From positions 2,294,001-2,358,000 of the forward strand of contig CM120646.1 in assembly GCA_051362555.1 (NCBI GenBank): DNA of 64,000 nucleotides, written 5' to 3'. The number at the start of each line of letters is the position of its first letter. Position 1 is the first letter of the stretch. Origin of the DNA: Lingula anatina. Taxonomy: Eukaryota > Animalia > Brachiopoda. The position numbers and the translations under genes are program-made. The notes below the pieces were generated by a model. That model was not told where the DNA came from and made no database searches. It worked only from the letters and a program-made list of their open reading frames with translations. This document shows positions 14,425-29,091 of the stretch, in pieces.

Positions 14425-15250
14425 CATATATGTAACACTGTAAGCACATTTCAGGGAGAACCAATAACTTAAAGCCTGTTTTCATGAAACTCACAGAACT
14501 GATGATTATTAGTAAAAGCATATTAGTAACACTGTAAGCACATTTCAGGGAGAACCGATAGGCCTGTTGTCATTAAACTCACAAGAGTGATCAATGTTAT
14601 CTATATACAAATCACATTTAAAAATAAGATTGATTGGTTGAGTTTTGAGGGACTTCAGCTTTTATTTGTATATAAGTGGTTTTCCTCAGATTTGATTGTC
14701 AGGCATGTAAACAGTCTCATTATTGAATTTACTAGATATGTAAAATGGGTTGTTTGACAATTTCTGCATCTTGACAATATTGCTAGTTGATTATATAAAA
14801 ATGGTGGTAAACCTGTTATCTTGTATTGTGTAAAAAAAGTGCCAAAATGGAAATGAACACGTATCATTGTAGTTTGTCAGATTCAATCATTCACAATGTT
14901 CGGAATGGAGGAAATTGGACATTTAAACTTGTTATATTGATATTTTTGCCATCTCAACAATTTTCTTAGTTGATCATGTGAAATGGCAGTAAATGTATTA
15001 TTTTATGTAAAAAAGTTAAAAATGGAAAGAAACCCATTTCAGTACAGTGCTCTCTTGTATACATTTAGCATTTTCAAAGTATGACTTTGGAGTTCCATGA
15101 ACCTGAAAACCTTTGCTAGTCACATTTTCTGAATATTCATGATACTAATATTTTATTATAAAAAATTGATGATCATTATGCTGTTAAGCATTATATAATA
15201 TTGCATCAAATTGGAAGAAATCACAATTTTGGGTGCTGCTGGCATGATGT
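10269..15250 (+). mobile_element. Helentron-associated non-autonomous element (HINE-like) with internal ~120-bp tandem repeats
   Basis: Begins with a T-run, hairpin TATGTACAGACACA-ga-TGTGTCTGTACATA and a (GTC/GCC)n tract. Then many copies of CATGAAACTCACAGAACTGATGATTA...GAAAATCAGCATGACCAGG (10370-10680, 12850-14650). Right boundary uncertain. Confidence 0.55.
12700..12832. repeat. ~50-bp tandem repeat, about 3 copies
   Basis: TTTTCCACCCAGTACTTTTATTCCATCAGTACTTTTAT unit; looks like subterminal repeats of a DNA transposon end. Confidence 0.8.
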
Positions 15251-17407
15251 CCTCAATTGTAAGATTGTGTACTGTTCAAGTCTGTATCCAATGGACGACA
15301 CTTTGTGTTATCAAAATACAAAATTCATGATAATAAAAGAGTGCTAAATAGAAAATAAGCATTATGAAAATAAAATGTTTGAAAACGAATTTCTTTGGTC
15401 TTTTATTTTATTTCATCAGTATCCTTTCTTTTCCTGAATTAATTGATGTTTTATCTCATAATCTTCAATTCTAAAAAAGTGGCAAAGCCCAGCATTAAAT
15501 ATTGTATAACTGTTCATTTAATCATCACCTCTGGTGTTATTTTGGAATTTACCTTAAATATGAAAGAATTTCATAAAAATGTGAATTGCTGCAAAGTAAC
15601 GCTATATAAAATTTGCTTTGCATTAAAAGTACAATCATTATTACATGTAGATGCATGCATGTCCTCGGTTGTAATGTGTAGTGTCTGTCCGTGTGTGTGT
15701 CCGTGTGTGTCCTCGGTTAGAATGTAAAATTCTTGTCAGCAAAAAATTAGTTTTTATAAAAAATTAATTTATAACATTCATACTCGAATAGATTTTACCC
15801 TAAATTGAATGTTTTTATTTTGATTTAACCAAGGAATAAGATGTCCTCGGTTGTATGGTGTTGTGCTGATGTCCTCGGTTGGTACACATAGACAAGTATG
15901 TGTGTGTGTGTGTGTGTAAGAGAGAGACAGAGAGAGAGAGAGAGAGGCTAGGTGCCAATACATTCCAATTACTAACTGGAGTATTGGGTCTTTGCATTAT
16001 TAACAGCACAATGAGCATATTTATTGGCCAAGAAATTTACAGGCTACATGTAGCTGCCAGTTTGTTTGTATGACATGTGTAATTATAAACTATGAATGTT
16101 ATGGATCAAGGTACATCATATGAAACTTACAGGTCTGGTAAAAGGAATTCAGTTAAAATACATGTGATAATGCTTATTTTTTTAAAGATTATTGTACACA
16201 CATGTAATGAAAAAAGGATTTACACTGATTAAAATATATAGTAAAGGAATGTTTTATTAACGTTGTGTTTCCTTAGTTATCTCAGTTTTGTACCGATTTT
16301 GGTAAAAAATCCTGCAAACTAATATTTTGCAAAAGCGTTTTAGGACATTTCTGATTTTTCTTAATAATAATAATATTATATGAAACGTACAAAGAAAAGT
16401 GTGAATTGTCAGCCACTCAATAGGTAAACTTAATAATATTTACAGGCCAATATTTTTAGTTACCAGGCGCCTTAAAACGTTAAACTGAACCCAGTAAAAC
16501 AACAATTGTGTTTGAAGTCCAACTGATACATTTTTCAAAATGTATTAAGTCCTTACAAAAGTCATTTTATTGCTGTTCCACACTGATTTAGATGTACAAT
16601 TGGTAAAAAAATATACTGAGTTAAAATTTCTTTTATTTGAAGAAAATCCACTTTTCTCTAATTAATTGACCATGCATTATACCCGTGGGAAAATGGATAC
16701 ATTTTCTGAAATTTATGTAAATGGGACATTAATGGCTTTCTTTGCCACATGTACATCCTGAATAAAAATTAACATTCCTTTACTAAATGTTTTAATCGAT
16801 CTGAATGCTTTTTCTTTAAAAATTTATGCCATAATCTTAAAAAGTATCATTATCAGATTTTTTACAAACCACATCAAATGATTTCATTGTGCATTTGTAA
16901 GAATGTGCTCCCAAACCAACTTTGTCAGCTGCATATAAGACGGCACACTTAAAGCGAAGGGAATACAGATGAATTACCGTATACCAGTGGGCGTTAAACT
17001 TTTTGTACAAACCTGTTCAATGGTCTCTTTTCTTAATCCCACTGAAGTATTACTGTCACAGTCATATTTGTGATGTATAGATGTCATTAACGCGGAATGT
17101 CATTTTATAATGCAACTCTGCGTGTATATATCATGTGTATAAGCTCGACAAGACAACAGAAAATTTTGCGACTTTTGATCCGCTAAAATTGTAAAGACGA
17201 GATGATAATAGGTTGTAATATAAAAACACTCGAAAAACTGGTGTTTGATACCTGTAATGTCACCAAGTTCCGCTGTGTCCTTTCCCTCTGGCTCAGCCAG
17301 TAGTTTCTACCCTGTTACTTGATATTGCCACGTATGATTTACATGTGACATCACCGCTTATATAAATACACCCCAAAATATAATTACCAGGTAACACATA
17401 AGCGATC

Positions 17408-17565
17408 ATGGCAATAATTTTGATTTTCTGTCTCGTGCTATTGAACATTGGAGTCGTGGCACCACAAAACGAAACTGGTGATTTAGACTATTACTTGAAC
17501 AAGTGCGTTACCTTGCCAGTTGAAGGGGCCAGTAAGACGACACCGTCCGCCGAACCTGATCTAGA

Positions 17566-17609
<44 letters not shown>

Positions 17610-18557
17610 ATGATTTCTATCTATATACATGTTCGACCACCAAATAAGTTAGCTTTCCTGGGTAAATATAGCATATTGTTGGAGGTTAGAGTGAAAATTA
17701 CCGGCTCAATATAGTTAAATCATGTGTGAAACACAGAAGAATAAGAACTAAAATCGATGTCATGAAAACACAACATTTAGCAAGAATTCTTTGCTTAAGA
17801 AGGTTTAAAGCGTGAAATGTGCTCCTCTAGGAAAATAAATTGTCACCCTTAATGTAATGCGCAAAACTACTAAAAGGTTTTTTAAAACAAAATTTAATTG
17901 ATTGTACAACTAATGAATGAACGATAGTAAAAAAAGACACAAGGTCACATTTAGTATTTTCTACAGTATTTACTACAGTCTGTCTGCGCGTGGAATCAGA
18001 AAGTTTTTTTAAAACTGCAATCATATCGTCATATTTCATTTCATTCTTTTTTTTGCGTAACAGTCACGTCACATTGATCTCGAAAAGTAAAATGAGATAA
18101 TTATTCTGTTTGCAAAGATGCAGGTAAGCAAGTTGGCAATAAAAGGCGATAAAAAGCTTCCCGCATACACAAAACATTCGATACGTGTCAACCATACGGT
18201 GTAAAACAAACATAGACAAACATAGACAAAAACATATGTAATTATACACTTTGTTTTTATTCCATCCAGCACAAAATAAATGGTAGTTTAATGCTACGTC
18301 TAGACAGCCGCCGCTTAAATTGCAGGAGACCAAACATATTACTTAAAAGGGAATCAAACTGCAGTCGTCCGTGATCAGCTTACCCTGCTCCTCTGTGGCC
18401 GCTATAGATTGAGCACGGAGAAAGTAATTAATTACATTTCGACGTTTTTGGTGTTAGTAGAGGACATCTATTCAGAAGCTTTTAAAATATTGAAGAAGTG
18501 CAAACTTCCCTCACTACGACTGCCACCAACATCCACGTACATGTACACCCTCTCTCT

Positions 18558-18603
<46 letters not shown>

Positions 18604-18769
18604 TTTGGTCCATACGTTGTTTGATGTGTATAAATCATTTTATCTTAATTATTAACACGCAAATTAGATAATGTTGCGCAACAGGCCCCTCAGCGATTTT
18701 CGTTCACTTTTTTCCTGTTTTCCTGAGGTCCTCATCTTTCACTTTCTGCTTGTTTGTCAATAAACTGGT

Positions 18770-18806
<37 letters not shown>

Positions 18807-21337
18807 CGGCCTTTGCCATGGTGACACACATCATTTCTGAGACCAACAGATTCTTAATTATTTCAAATGCATTAACCAAATGGAGTTCAAAATAATTTCA
18901 GACGTGCATTCTAAGAACTGCACTATACTTAAAAGGCATCAGAAATCCCAAGATGGCAGCACATTCAAGACGGAGTCCATTTTTTGCTGATATTGAGTGA
19001 TTTCAATAAATTTCATCAATTGAATTTATTAAGAAATGGGAATATGTGAAATGATTTTATGTAACAGAGTAGAACGGGGTCGTTTCGTTCAATCCACAGA
19101 GTTTGTTTGAGATAGAGCCTTTTATTTAGATGCAACGTCCTGAAATCCAAGATGGTTGCTACAAAACTTTTACATATGTCCCATGGTGTCCCAGCTAGAA
19201 ATACTCTGTATGCTACATTCAACATAACATATATTCTTTGTTACTTTTGATGCACTACAGGAAGAAAATAGATACTTCATTTAAGTCTTGTACGTAAAAC
19301 GAACTTCCATATTTTACACGGACACAAAACAAAGTTCGGGACCAAAGCTATCAGAAAAACATAGTGAATGGACGGGGGAAGGGTCTACGGTGGCCCATAG
19401 GCTATGTTACAATATTTGTGTATTTCTCCAGTTTTTAACAAGGAGGAAAATGCATTTATGTTCGTTTGGATTGTAATAAGGACCTCATGTGCTAAGCAGT
19501 GTATGGGACTGTATATACAGAGTACACGCACTCGTTTTTTCTTCATTTATTGTTTGTTTATTTCGTTTATATACTGGTCAGCTCATATTGACAAGGTACA
19601 TACAGGTATCATTGACCAGTAAAGGGCACTATACCATATCTTTTAACCTCTGTTTCAGTGCCCATATTTCCGAAAAAGATCCTGCTGCAATGTGAATGCA
19701 GTTGCAAATCTCCTGGAGAACCATGTTTGGAATGGGATAGTCAATTACATGCACTGTCCTCAGAAACCACGCCTTTCCCCGGAGTGTGAGAGACTTACAT
19801 TTGAGCAGTCTTGTTTCTATGCCTGCTCACCAAACCTGGGACCATGGATCTATAGCTATCTTGTATGTATTAACCTTTGATAAACTGACCCAGCTTAAAC
19901 TCTCTCTCTCTCTCTTTCTCTCTCTTTCTCTGTGATCAACATATATTTTATCATTGTTTCAGTATTTCGAAATCCTCGATAACGTGCCTCTATGTGCCAG
20001 TCAGTGTAACAAGTGGTGGGACGCCTGTAAAGAGGAATACACTTGTCACAGGAACTGGCTGGCTGACATGGACTGGAGCGTTGAAGGTGAGTGGTGTCAT
20101 CTAGAGAGAAAAAAAGGGGGCGAGGGGTAGCGGGAGAAACGATTTAAAACTACTTGATGATTGGTGATATATATGAAAATTCGGTCTGAAAAGCAATCAT
20201 TTTTTACTGGTAAGTGCATTAAATATAATGCCATATTTATACAAATATGAAATTGCCTTTAGCCTGTTGTCGTTCCCCTTAATTTATTGTGTTTGTCTTT
20301 CCGGTATTTAATGTCTTTATTTCATTTTAAGGATATTGTCACCCTTTTCCAAAAACTCCTTATCTAATGCCTTACATACATTATTTCGGGTAATAGATAA
20401 GTCTTCAGTAGTAAGTGACTAAATTTATTAATATTTACACATGTGTCGTCTTACGGGTGACGTCAGAATTGCGTTTTGAGGATAAAAACTGAAAAATCAA
20501 ATTGTTATTTTACCTGAACACCCACGATCACGGTTTCAACGGCCATTCAATGGTACTAGCTAGTACTCCAAAAACCATTCAACGATTTTTTAAATCTTAG
20601 TTAATAAAGCACAATTATGCCTTTGTTTAATAAAAATATGAAATTAGGGTCTCATATCTCCCTAACAAAGATATTTTAACCAAAATGACGGCACGGGATT
20701 GTAGTCGTATAATCGTGGTCTACTCTGCCAATGATAAAATCTTGTGCAAGGTGGAAAAAGGTGTAAATAGACATTTAAAGCTTTAATTGCCTATGCTTAT
20801 AAATTGCAATGAAAAATATAAATGCTGATATTTTTCTTTTCAATGTTTTTTATTGTATATAAGCACAAAGATAGATAGTATCTGGATGATAATAACAGGT
20901 TATACAATATCCTTAAAAACAACATTTAATATTAAGTCGGAACATATTTTTAAAATTGTGAGATTTAATGTTAATTGTATATGAAAATATTCACTGCTGA
21001 GGCGGAATCAGGCGTAAGTCATATAAAATACGGTGTCAGTAACTTAATTTTATTGTAATTTTTTGAAATTCTAAATTTCATTACATGAAAATCTCAACAA
21101 AAAATATTCCTAGGTATGAACACTTGCAAAGAGGGCTCGGTGTGTAGAAAATACACAGAGTTTTACAATTCATCCACCGACTTCTGCAACACTATTTGGA
21201 ATGGCGCCTACAAGGTGGTGCCAGACTCGGAACCCTGCATGGTGTTCACCTTCAACACCTCGAAACCCAACCCGAATGATGCTGTGGCCCTTGAAGCTGC
21301 GAAGAAATTGCTTTCACAGGAGGTAGAAGTCAACTGA
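17408..21337 (+). CDS. Folate receptor / riboflavin-binding protein-like, copy A2 (secreted, 236 aa)
   Basis: Exons 17408-17566, 19659-19862, 19963-20086, 21114-21337; same intron phases and Cys pattern as A1. Confidence 0.93.
20331..20912. mobile_element. Kolobok-like non-autonomous element in A2 intron 3
   Basis: TTAA|GGATATTGT...ACAATATCC|TTAA; absent from intron 3 of the other A copies. Confidence 0.7.
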
Positions 21338-22741
21338 GGCTAAAGTTTCTCCAACAGTTCGACCCAGTAGGCCAGACCCAGCTGTTTGTGAACGCTCAAA
21401 TTAAAATTGATGATTAATAACCAGATTTTACTTTATTTTTCAAGGGAATGCTGTAACTCTGCAATGTAAACAAAATATCTCTTGCTTTGATGGTTGATCA
21501 CACTGATGTCATGTTTGGTTACCTTACAAGATCACTTTAATACAACACTGTAGCACAATACGACTTTGATAGTTTGTCTCTAAAACAATGAAACCTTGCT
21601 ATATACAAGCAAATAAATGACACACTTCAAATCCGTTGATGTCTGGTTTCTTTTCCATAAAATCAAAATGCCGTTTGACAATATAATTATATTGTAGCAA
21701 TTAGTAATGACAGTCATATATCTTTAAGGCGGCGGTTGTCGATAGTGAGAACTACCAATATACGTCATCAAGAGAATAGTTATTATCTATTATTCAGCAG
21801 GCAAGGTACTTCCCTATAGTTTTTGACTTCCCATTTTTCACATTCACCTCTGGCGCCAAGGGCTTTTTCATTAGGGAGATTTCACTATGATACAAGTGTT
21901 AATAAAAATTACGTATCACACTGTAGTCGGGATCCGGGCATGTAAATGTAAAACTTAATTGTCTACTGTTAATACACTTAGAACAATGCAAGCCGTACTC
22001 AAAATGTACATGTACTTATTTACTATAGCCATTACACTTGTCGGAATCACCTAACATATGTCCTTTTTTAGCGCGAATATTGGTTGGCATCAGATTTCAT
22101 GAACCGTGTCACTATGCATTAACATATGCCCTCAGCCTCGTAAATGGTAAATGGAATTCAGTTTAAAAAAGACATCTGATAATCCTTATTGTTTGAAGAC
22201 TACTGTATATATATTGAATGAAAAAGGATTTACACAGATGAAAAAATATAGTAAAGGAATGTTTTATAAAAACTTTCAGTTTGTTTTTTGTTTTCTTAGT
22301 TATCTGAGTTTTGTACCGATTTTAGTAAAAATTCTGCCACCTAATATTTTGTACAAGTTTTTTTTTTTTAATCCGCATTTTTTTAAATAATATTTGAAAC
22401 GTACAAAGAAAACTGTGAATAGTTTGCCACCCAATGGCTAAACTAAAAAATATTTACAGACCAATGTATTTAGTAACCAGCACCTTGAAGGCGAAGTTCT
22501 CCAGATCAGCTAAAAACAACAAACTTAACCCAATAAAAAGACAATTGTGTATGAATTATTGTTTTTGGTATTGTATGAAACAACAAGATATTATTCCATA
22601 ATTTGTTTAATTAGCATAATACTTAAAACGTCCAGCTTATACATTTTTTAAAATGTATTAAGTCCTAGCAAAAGTCATTTTATTGCTGTTCCACGCTGAT
22701 TAAGATGTACACTCAGTACAAAAAATACTGAGTTCAATATT

Positions 22742-23182
22742 CCCAGCAGGCATAGTTGCGTTGGATCAACGTTGAAAACAGGTTGATACGTTGAATTGCC
22801 GTTGATCTACCTAAATTCAACGTAATATAAACGTTGATCCAGCCACGTTGACTCAACGTTGTATTTTGGTCAATGAAACAACCTTGCAGTTATGGATTGT
22901 AATTTAAAATATTAATTATTGAAAACGTGATACTTTGTTTATCAATACTGTAACTAAATTTATCAAAATAATAACAAAATGGTTTTAAAGTAAAAGTGAC
23001 AGTTGTTTTGTGTCTTTAGTTAACAAGTGAATTTTCTTAACTTGTTGTGCAGTAAAACATTCCAATAAACTAAATTGCTTGAAAGGTCAGCTAACACTAG
23101 GATGAATAAGTTGCTGTAAATGTGAAGGAGTTAACAGTTCTTGGTAACCTGTTATAGATAGACAGGTTGAGGTGACTGTGAC

Positions 23183-23234
<52 letters not shown>

Positions 23235-23495
23235 TCTTTACCTTGGAAGTTTTAACTTAAAGGCCATACATTTATACCCTACACATATATATAGCCATCA
23301 AACATGTCCTGCTGCTAAACAAATTCAGGCAAATTTCCTGCTGGGTGGGGTTGATATAACATTGTTTTCTGACGTTGATACAATGTTGTTATCTGAGGTT
23401 GACACAACTTTCAAATCCAACGTTTATTCAATGTCTTTTCAATGTTATGGTTCAACGTTGTTTCAACGTTAAAACAACATAATTTGCCCACAGGG
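22742..23495. mobile_element. Non-autonomous EnSpm/CACTA-like element (CCC...GGG termini)
   Basis: CCCAGCAGGCA...TGCCCACAGGG termini, subterminal CAACGTTG repeats, 2-bp TT flanks. Empty site in the paralogous segment near 16615-16650. Confidence 0.7.
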
Positions 23496-24282
23496 TTTTT
23501 ATTTGAAGAAAATCCACTTTTCTCTAATTAAATGACCATGCAATATACCCTTGGGAAAATGAACAAATTTTCTTAAAATTTTTGTAAATGGAACATTTAT
23601 AACATTCTTTGCCAAACCTTCAATAAAATAAACATTCCTTTACTAAATGTTTTAATCGATCTGAATGCTTTTACTTTAAACATTTATGCCATAATATTAA
23701 AAAAAAGTATCATCATATTTTTAACAAACTATATAAAATGATTTCATTGTGTATTGTATTTGTAAGAATGTGCTCCCAAACCAACTTTGTCCGCTGCATA
23801 TAATATGGCACACTTAAAACGAAGGTGCAGATGAACTACTGTATGACAATGGGCGCTAAAGTTCTTGTACAAACCGGTACAATGGGCTCTTTTCTTAATC
23901 CCAATGAAGTATTACTGTCAGTCAAATTTCTGATGTATAGATGTCATTAACTAAATGTCACTTTTTCCTGCACTTGTACATGTATATATTATATGTATAA
24001 GCTCAACAAAACAACAGCAAATTTTGCGACTTTTAATCCACTAAATATAACGATTAGATGATAATAGACAGTATTATAAAAATTCTCGAGAAACTGGTGT
24101 TTGATAAAAGCGTGTCGGTTAATTATGTCCCCAAGTACCGCTGTGCCCATCCCTTTGGTTCAGCCAGTAGTTTCCAGCCTGTAACTTGATATTGCCACGT
24201 GTGAATCACATGTGACATCATCGCTTATATAAATACAATATAAAATATAATTACCAGCTATTTGCTCAACGCGTAAGCAATC

Positions 24283-24440
24283 ATGGCAATAATCCTTATT
24301 TACTGCCTCGCGCTATTGAACATTGGAGTTGCGGCACCTCAAAACAAAACTAACAGTCTGGGCTATTACTTGAACAAGTGCGTAACCTTGCCAGTTGATG
24401 GGGCCAGTAAGACGAGACCGTCCCCCGAACCCGGACTGGA

Positions 24441-24475
<35 letters not shown>

Positions 24476-25515
24476 TGATTTCTATCTATATACATGTTCT
24501 ACCACCAAATAAGGTAGCTTTCCAGGGTAAACATTGCATATTGTTGGAGTGAAAATTACCGGTTCAATTTTGTCTAATTGTGTGAAACACTGCGTGTTGT
24601 TCGTATTATGTGCATTAATAATAACATTAGTTTGATAATATGGAAGCATTTAAAGTCCAATTGTATACGTTTTTTTCATGTGACAATATAACTCGATAGG
24701 AAAGCAAGCATACACACTGCTACACTGTTCACGTCTTCAAGAAAGATGTCTGAAAAAATGAAGGCCTTGAATTTGTATGAAGAGGGTTTAAAGCGTAAAA
24801 TATACTTTTCTAGCAATGAATGCCATTAACCAATAATTTTTATTCAATATGCAACTTAAAGGATTTTAAACAAAATTTAACTGATTGCACAATTAAAGAA
24901 TGAGCTCACGATAGTAAAAAGGTCACAGTTAATTATTTTCAACAGTATTCCCTGGATTGGGTGATGGACCTGACCCGTCTGCGCGTGGAATCAAAAACTT
25001 TTTTGAAGACTGCAATTATATCTTCATGTTTCATTTCATTTTTTTTCCGTAACAGTCGCGTCACATTTATCACGAACAGTAAAATAACATAATATTTCTG
25101 TTTGCAAAGCACGTTGTCAATAAAAGCCAATAAAAAGTAGCCCTCATACACAAACATTCGATGCGTGTCAACAACCATTGACAAACAACATATGTATACA
25201 ATTTGTATTTATTCCATTCAGCACAAACTAAATGGTAGTTTAATGCTACATCTAGACAGCCACCGCTTAAATTGCAGGAAACCAAACATATTACTTAAAA
25301 TGGAATCATACTGCAGTCGTCCGTGATCAGCTTACCCTGCTCTCCTGTGTCCGCTATAGATTGAACAGGGAAAAAGTATCTATTTACATCTCAACGTTCT
25401 TTGTGTTAGTAGAGGGAACCGATTCAGAAACTTTTCAAATGTTGAACTAATGTGAAACTTCCCTCACTACGACTACCAACGAAACCCAATTACATGTACA
25501 CCCTAGGTCTCTCTT

Positions 25516-25551
<36 letters not shown>

Positions 25552-27438
25552 TTGGCCCATACGCTGTGTTTGTTGGTTGTGTAAAGGGGGTAATACGTCG
25601 TTTTATCGTTTTATGTATTAACACGCAAATAAGATTGAATTGCGCAACAGCCCCCTCAGTTTTCTGATATCTGTCATTTTTCATCTTTGATCTTTCATTT
25701 TCTGCTTGTTTGCCAATAAACTGAGGGTGGTGGTGGTGGTGGTGGTGTGTGTGTGTGTGTGTGTGATGGACTTTGCCATGCTGACACACATCATTTCTGA
25801 GACCAACAAATTCCTTAATATTTCAATTTAACCAAATACTTTCAGATGTGCATTCTAAAAACTGCGCTATACTTTACAGTCATCAAAAATTCCAAGACTG
25901 CAGCCCATTCAAGGTGGAGTGCATTTTTGCTGATATTGAGTGAATTCAATTAATTTCAACATCTGAATTTAGACAGGGGTCGACAGTGGCCCATAGGCTA
26001 TGTTACAATATTTTTGTATTTCTCCAGTTTTTGACAAGGAGGATGTATATATGTTTGTTTGAACTGTAATAATGACCACATGTGCTATGCAGTCTATGGG
26101 ATAAAGCAAGTAGCCATACATATACAGAATACATGCACCCGTTCGACCCTCATTTATTGTTAGTTCTTTTGTTTTCATACTGACCAACTCATATTGACAC
26201 GGTGCAGGTACTATTCCATGTCTTTTAACCTCTGTTTCAGTGCCCACATTTTCGTAATAGGTCCTGTTGTAATGTGAATGCAGTTGCAAATCTCCTGGAG
26301 AACCATGTGTGGAATGGAATAGTCTCTTACATGCACTGTCCTCAGAAACCACGCCTTTCCCCGGAGTGTGAGAGACTAACATTTGAAGTGTCTTGCTTCT
26401 ATGCCTGCTCACCAAACCTGGGTCCTTGGATGGATAGATTTCTCGTATGTATTAACCTGTGATGAACTGTCCTTTTACTGACTCTCTTCACTCTCTCACT
26501 CGTTCCATCGACTCTCTCTCTCTGATCAACAAATATTTGATCTTTTTTCAGTATTTCGATGTCCTTGATAACTTGCCTCTATGCGCCAGTCAGTGTAACA
26601 AGTGGTGGGAAGCTTGCAAAGAGGAATACACTTGTCACAGGAACTGGCTGGCTGACATGGACTGGAGCCTTGAGGGTGAGTGACGTCATCCGGTTAAAGT
26701 GTGTTTGGGTGGAAGTATGCAGGTAGCACTGGTAGCAGTGTAGTTTTACTTGATGATTGGCCATATATTGGACAACTCGTTCTGAACATTTCGTTTTGTT
26801 AACTTTTCCCCCGAATACGCTTTTCTGTTTCATTTGTTAGATTTTTAATTTCAGTGCATAAAATAAAATAAAATAAATTTTTTATCATTTATGCAAATTT
26901 AGAATTGTCCTTTTAAGGACAAGTTAAAACTTGTAATTAATTTTTTTTACTCCTTAATTAATTGAATTTGCCAGAGCATATTGTTCCAGTTAATATTGTC
27001 TTCATTTCATAAAACAACATTCAATTAGAAGTCAAAACATCTACGTTTTCCAATAATCTGAATTTATAATTTTGGTGTGCATGAACATGTTCTGTGCTGC
27101 GGCGGAATCAGGCTTGAGTCGATATATACGGTAAATGTGATGCGGTGTCATTTACTCATGCAACCTTATTACTTGAATTTCCATCACTTGTAAATGTCAA
27201 TAAAACATTCCTAGGGTTGAACACTTGCAAAGAGGGCTCGGTGTGTAGGAAATACACGGAGGTTTACAATTCATCCACCGACTTCTGCAACACTGTTTGG
27301 AATTTCGGGTACAAGGTGGTGCCAGACACAGAACCCTGCATGGTGTTCACTTTTGACATCTCGAAACCCAACCCAAATACAGCCGTGGCCCATGAAGCTG
27401 CCAAGAAATTGGTTACACAGGAGGTCAAAGTCAAGTAG
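24283..27438 (+). CDS. Folate receptor / riboflavin-binding protein-like, copy A3 (secreted, 236 aa)
   Basis: Exons 24283-24441, 26241-26444, 26552-26675, 27215-27438; in frame, canonical splice sites. Confidence 0.93.
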
Positions 27439-28888
27439 GGCCGAAGATCCTCTAGATCGACCCAGTAGGCTTGGCCTAGCTGTATGTAAACGCTCAAATT
27501 CAAATTGATGAATAATAACCAGATGTTACTTTCTTATTGAAGCGAATGTCCTAATTCTGTAATGTATACAAACCATATATTGTTTTGATGGTTGATCATA
27601 TTGATGCCATGATTGGTTGCAAAACACACACATTAAAATTCACTGTGCTACAAAACTATAACACGACGACTTTTGATAAAGGGCTACTTGATAGTTTGTC
27701 CATGATCTTAGTCTCTAAAATCATGAATTTTTGCTTTAAACAAGTAAATAAATGACACGCTTCATATCTGTTGGTGTCTGGTTTCTTCTCCTTAAAATGA
27801 AAAAGCCTTTGAAAATATATTATCTGTAGCAATTAGTGATTACAAGCATGCACTGGAAATTAATTTACATACAAAAATATGACGCCTTTTACTGCTCTGT
27901 TCTTACTGTTATTTTTTGCCGATTTATTTGGTTAAATTTGCACCATCTAGTGCAAAAATCGGACATTCCAGGTGTTGCTTCCGTCATTACATGTAATCAA
28001 CGATAGCAACATTGCATTAGATGAAACTCACTGATATCGACAAGAAAAGTAATCTGGACACTCACTTAAAACAGCAGAAGATCACAAATTAAGTTAACGC
28101 TTCCCGCCCTTTTGTGAAAAATGCGCAGTAAAAACCTAACCAAGAGCTAGTTCCTGTGAGTTAATCGAATCACTGTCAAAATTTAGAGACCGGTTAGCAG
28201 TCATATGACATCAATTTTGTCAACCTTATTACAAACAAGACACTTTTTTTAAAAGATACTAACATTGAATGTAGAACTGGATCCATTAAAGGGATAATGA
28301 CTCTTCGTACGGTATTTATATTTCACAATAAAACATTGTGAGTAACTCACAGAAATATAATATATTCTGTTTTACCACAAAAACGGCAGTGATAGCTATT
28401 ATTCTGATATCTGAGCTGGTCTTCAGACCACGTGACCTTCATCGACGGCTATACTCTGTTATATTCTCTTTTTGTGTCTGCATTATCTACACATATAACA
28501 TGGCACATCTGATGCAGCGGGGGATGCAGATAGATAGATGTCGCTGATTAAATGTCACTATATCAGGCAGTTCATTATTATGTTTATGAGTTCAACATGA
28601 CAACAGAGCCAGCAAATTTTGTGACTTTTGATCCATTTAATAAGTGAAGTAGAAGATGTTAAAATATATTGTTATAAAGTATAAGATAAAACAGTTAAAA
28701 AACTGGTGTTCTATTGAGACTTCTCATTAATGTTATCAAGTTCCGCTGTGCCTACTGCCTTCTGTCCTGCCATTAGTTTCCAGTCTGTTACTTAATATTG
28801 CCACGTATGATTCACGTGTGACATCATCGCTTATATAAATACACCCCAAACTATGATTACCAGGATTCTGTTGAAAACGTAAGCGATC

Positions 28889-29051
28889 ATGGCAACAATT
28901 CTTATTTTCTGTCTCGTATGTTTGACCATTGGAGTCGCGGTACCTCAAAACAAAACTAACAGTCTGGGCTATTACTTGAACAAGTGCGTAACCTTGCCAG
29001 TTGAAGGGGCCAGTAAGACGAGACCGTCCGCCGAACCCGGACTGGAGGTGA

Positions 29052-29091
<40 letters not shown>

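Larger units (their letters stand above)
9102..15896. mobile_element. Putative large composite DNA-transposon insertion bounded by ACCGAGGAC/GTCCTCGGTT repeats
   Basis: 22-bp perfect inverted match between 9112-9133 and 15703-15724. The GTCCTCGGTT motif is clustered at both ends, and (TG)n tracts flank both sides. Superfamily not identified. Confidence 0.5.

Noticed and set aside
12850-14520. CTGATGA motifs as possible hammerhead or C/D-box cores
   Set aside because: No correctly placed GAAA or stem architecture could be built; they are part of the tandem unit.
12850-14650. Regularly spaced repeats resembling a CRISPR array
   Set aside because: Whole ~120-bp units repeat with no unique spacers, there are no cas genes and the context is eukaryotic.
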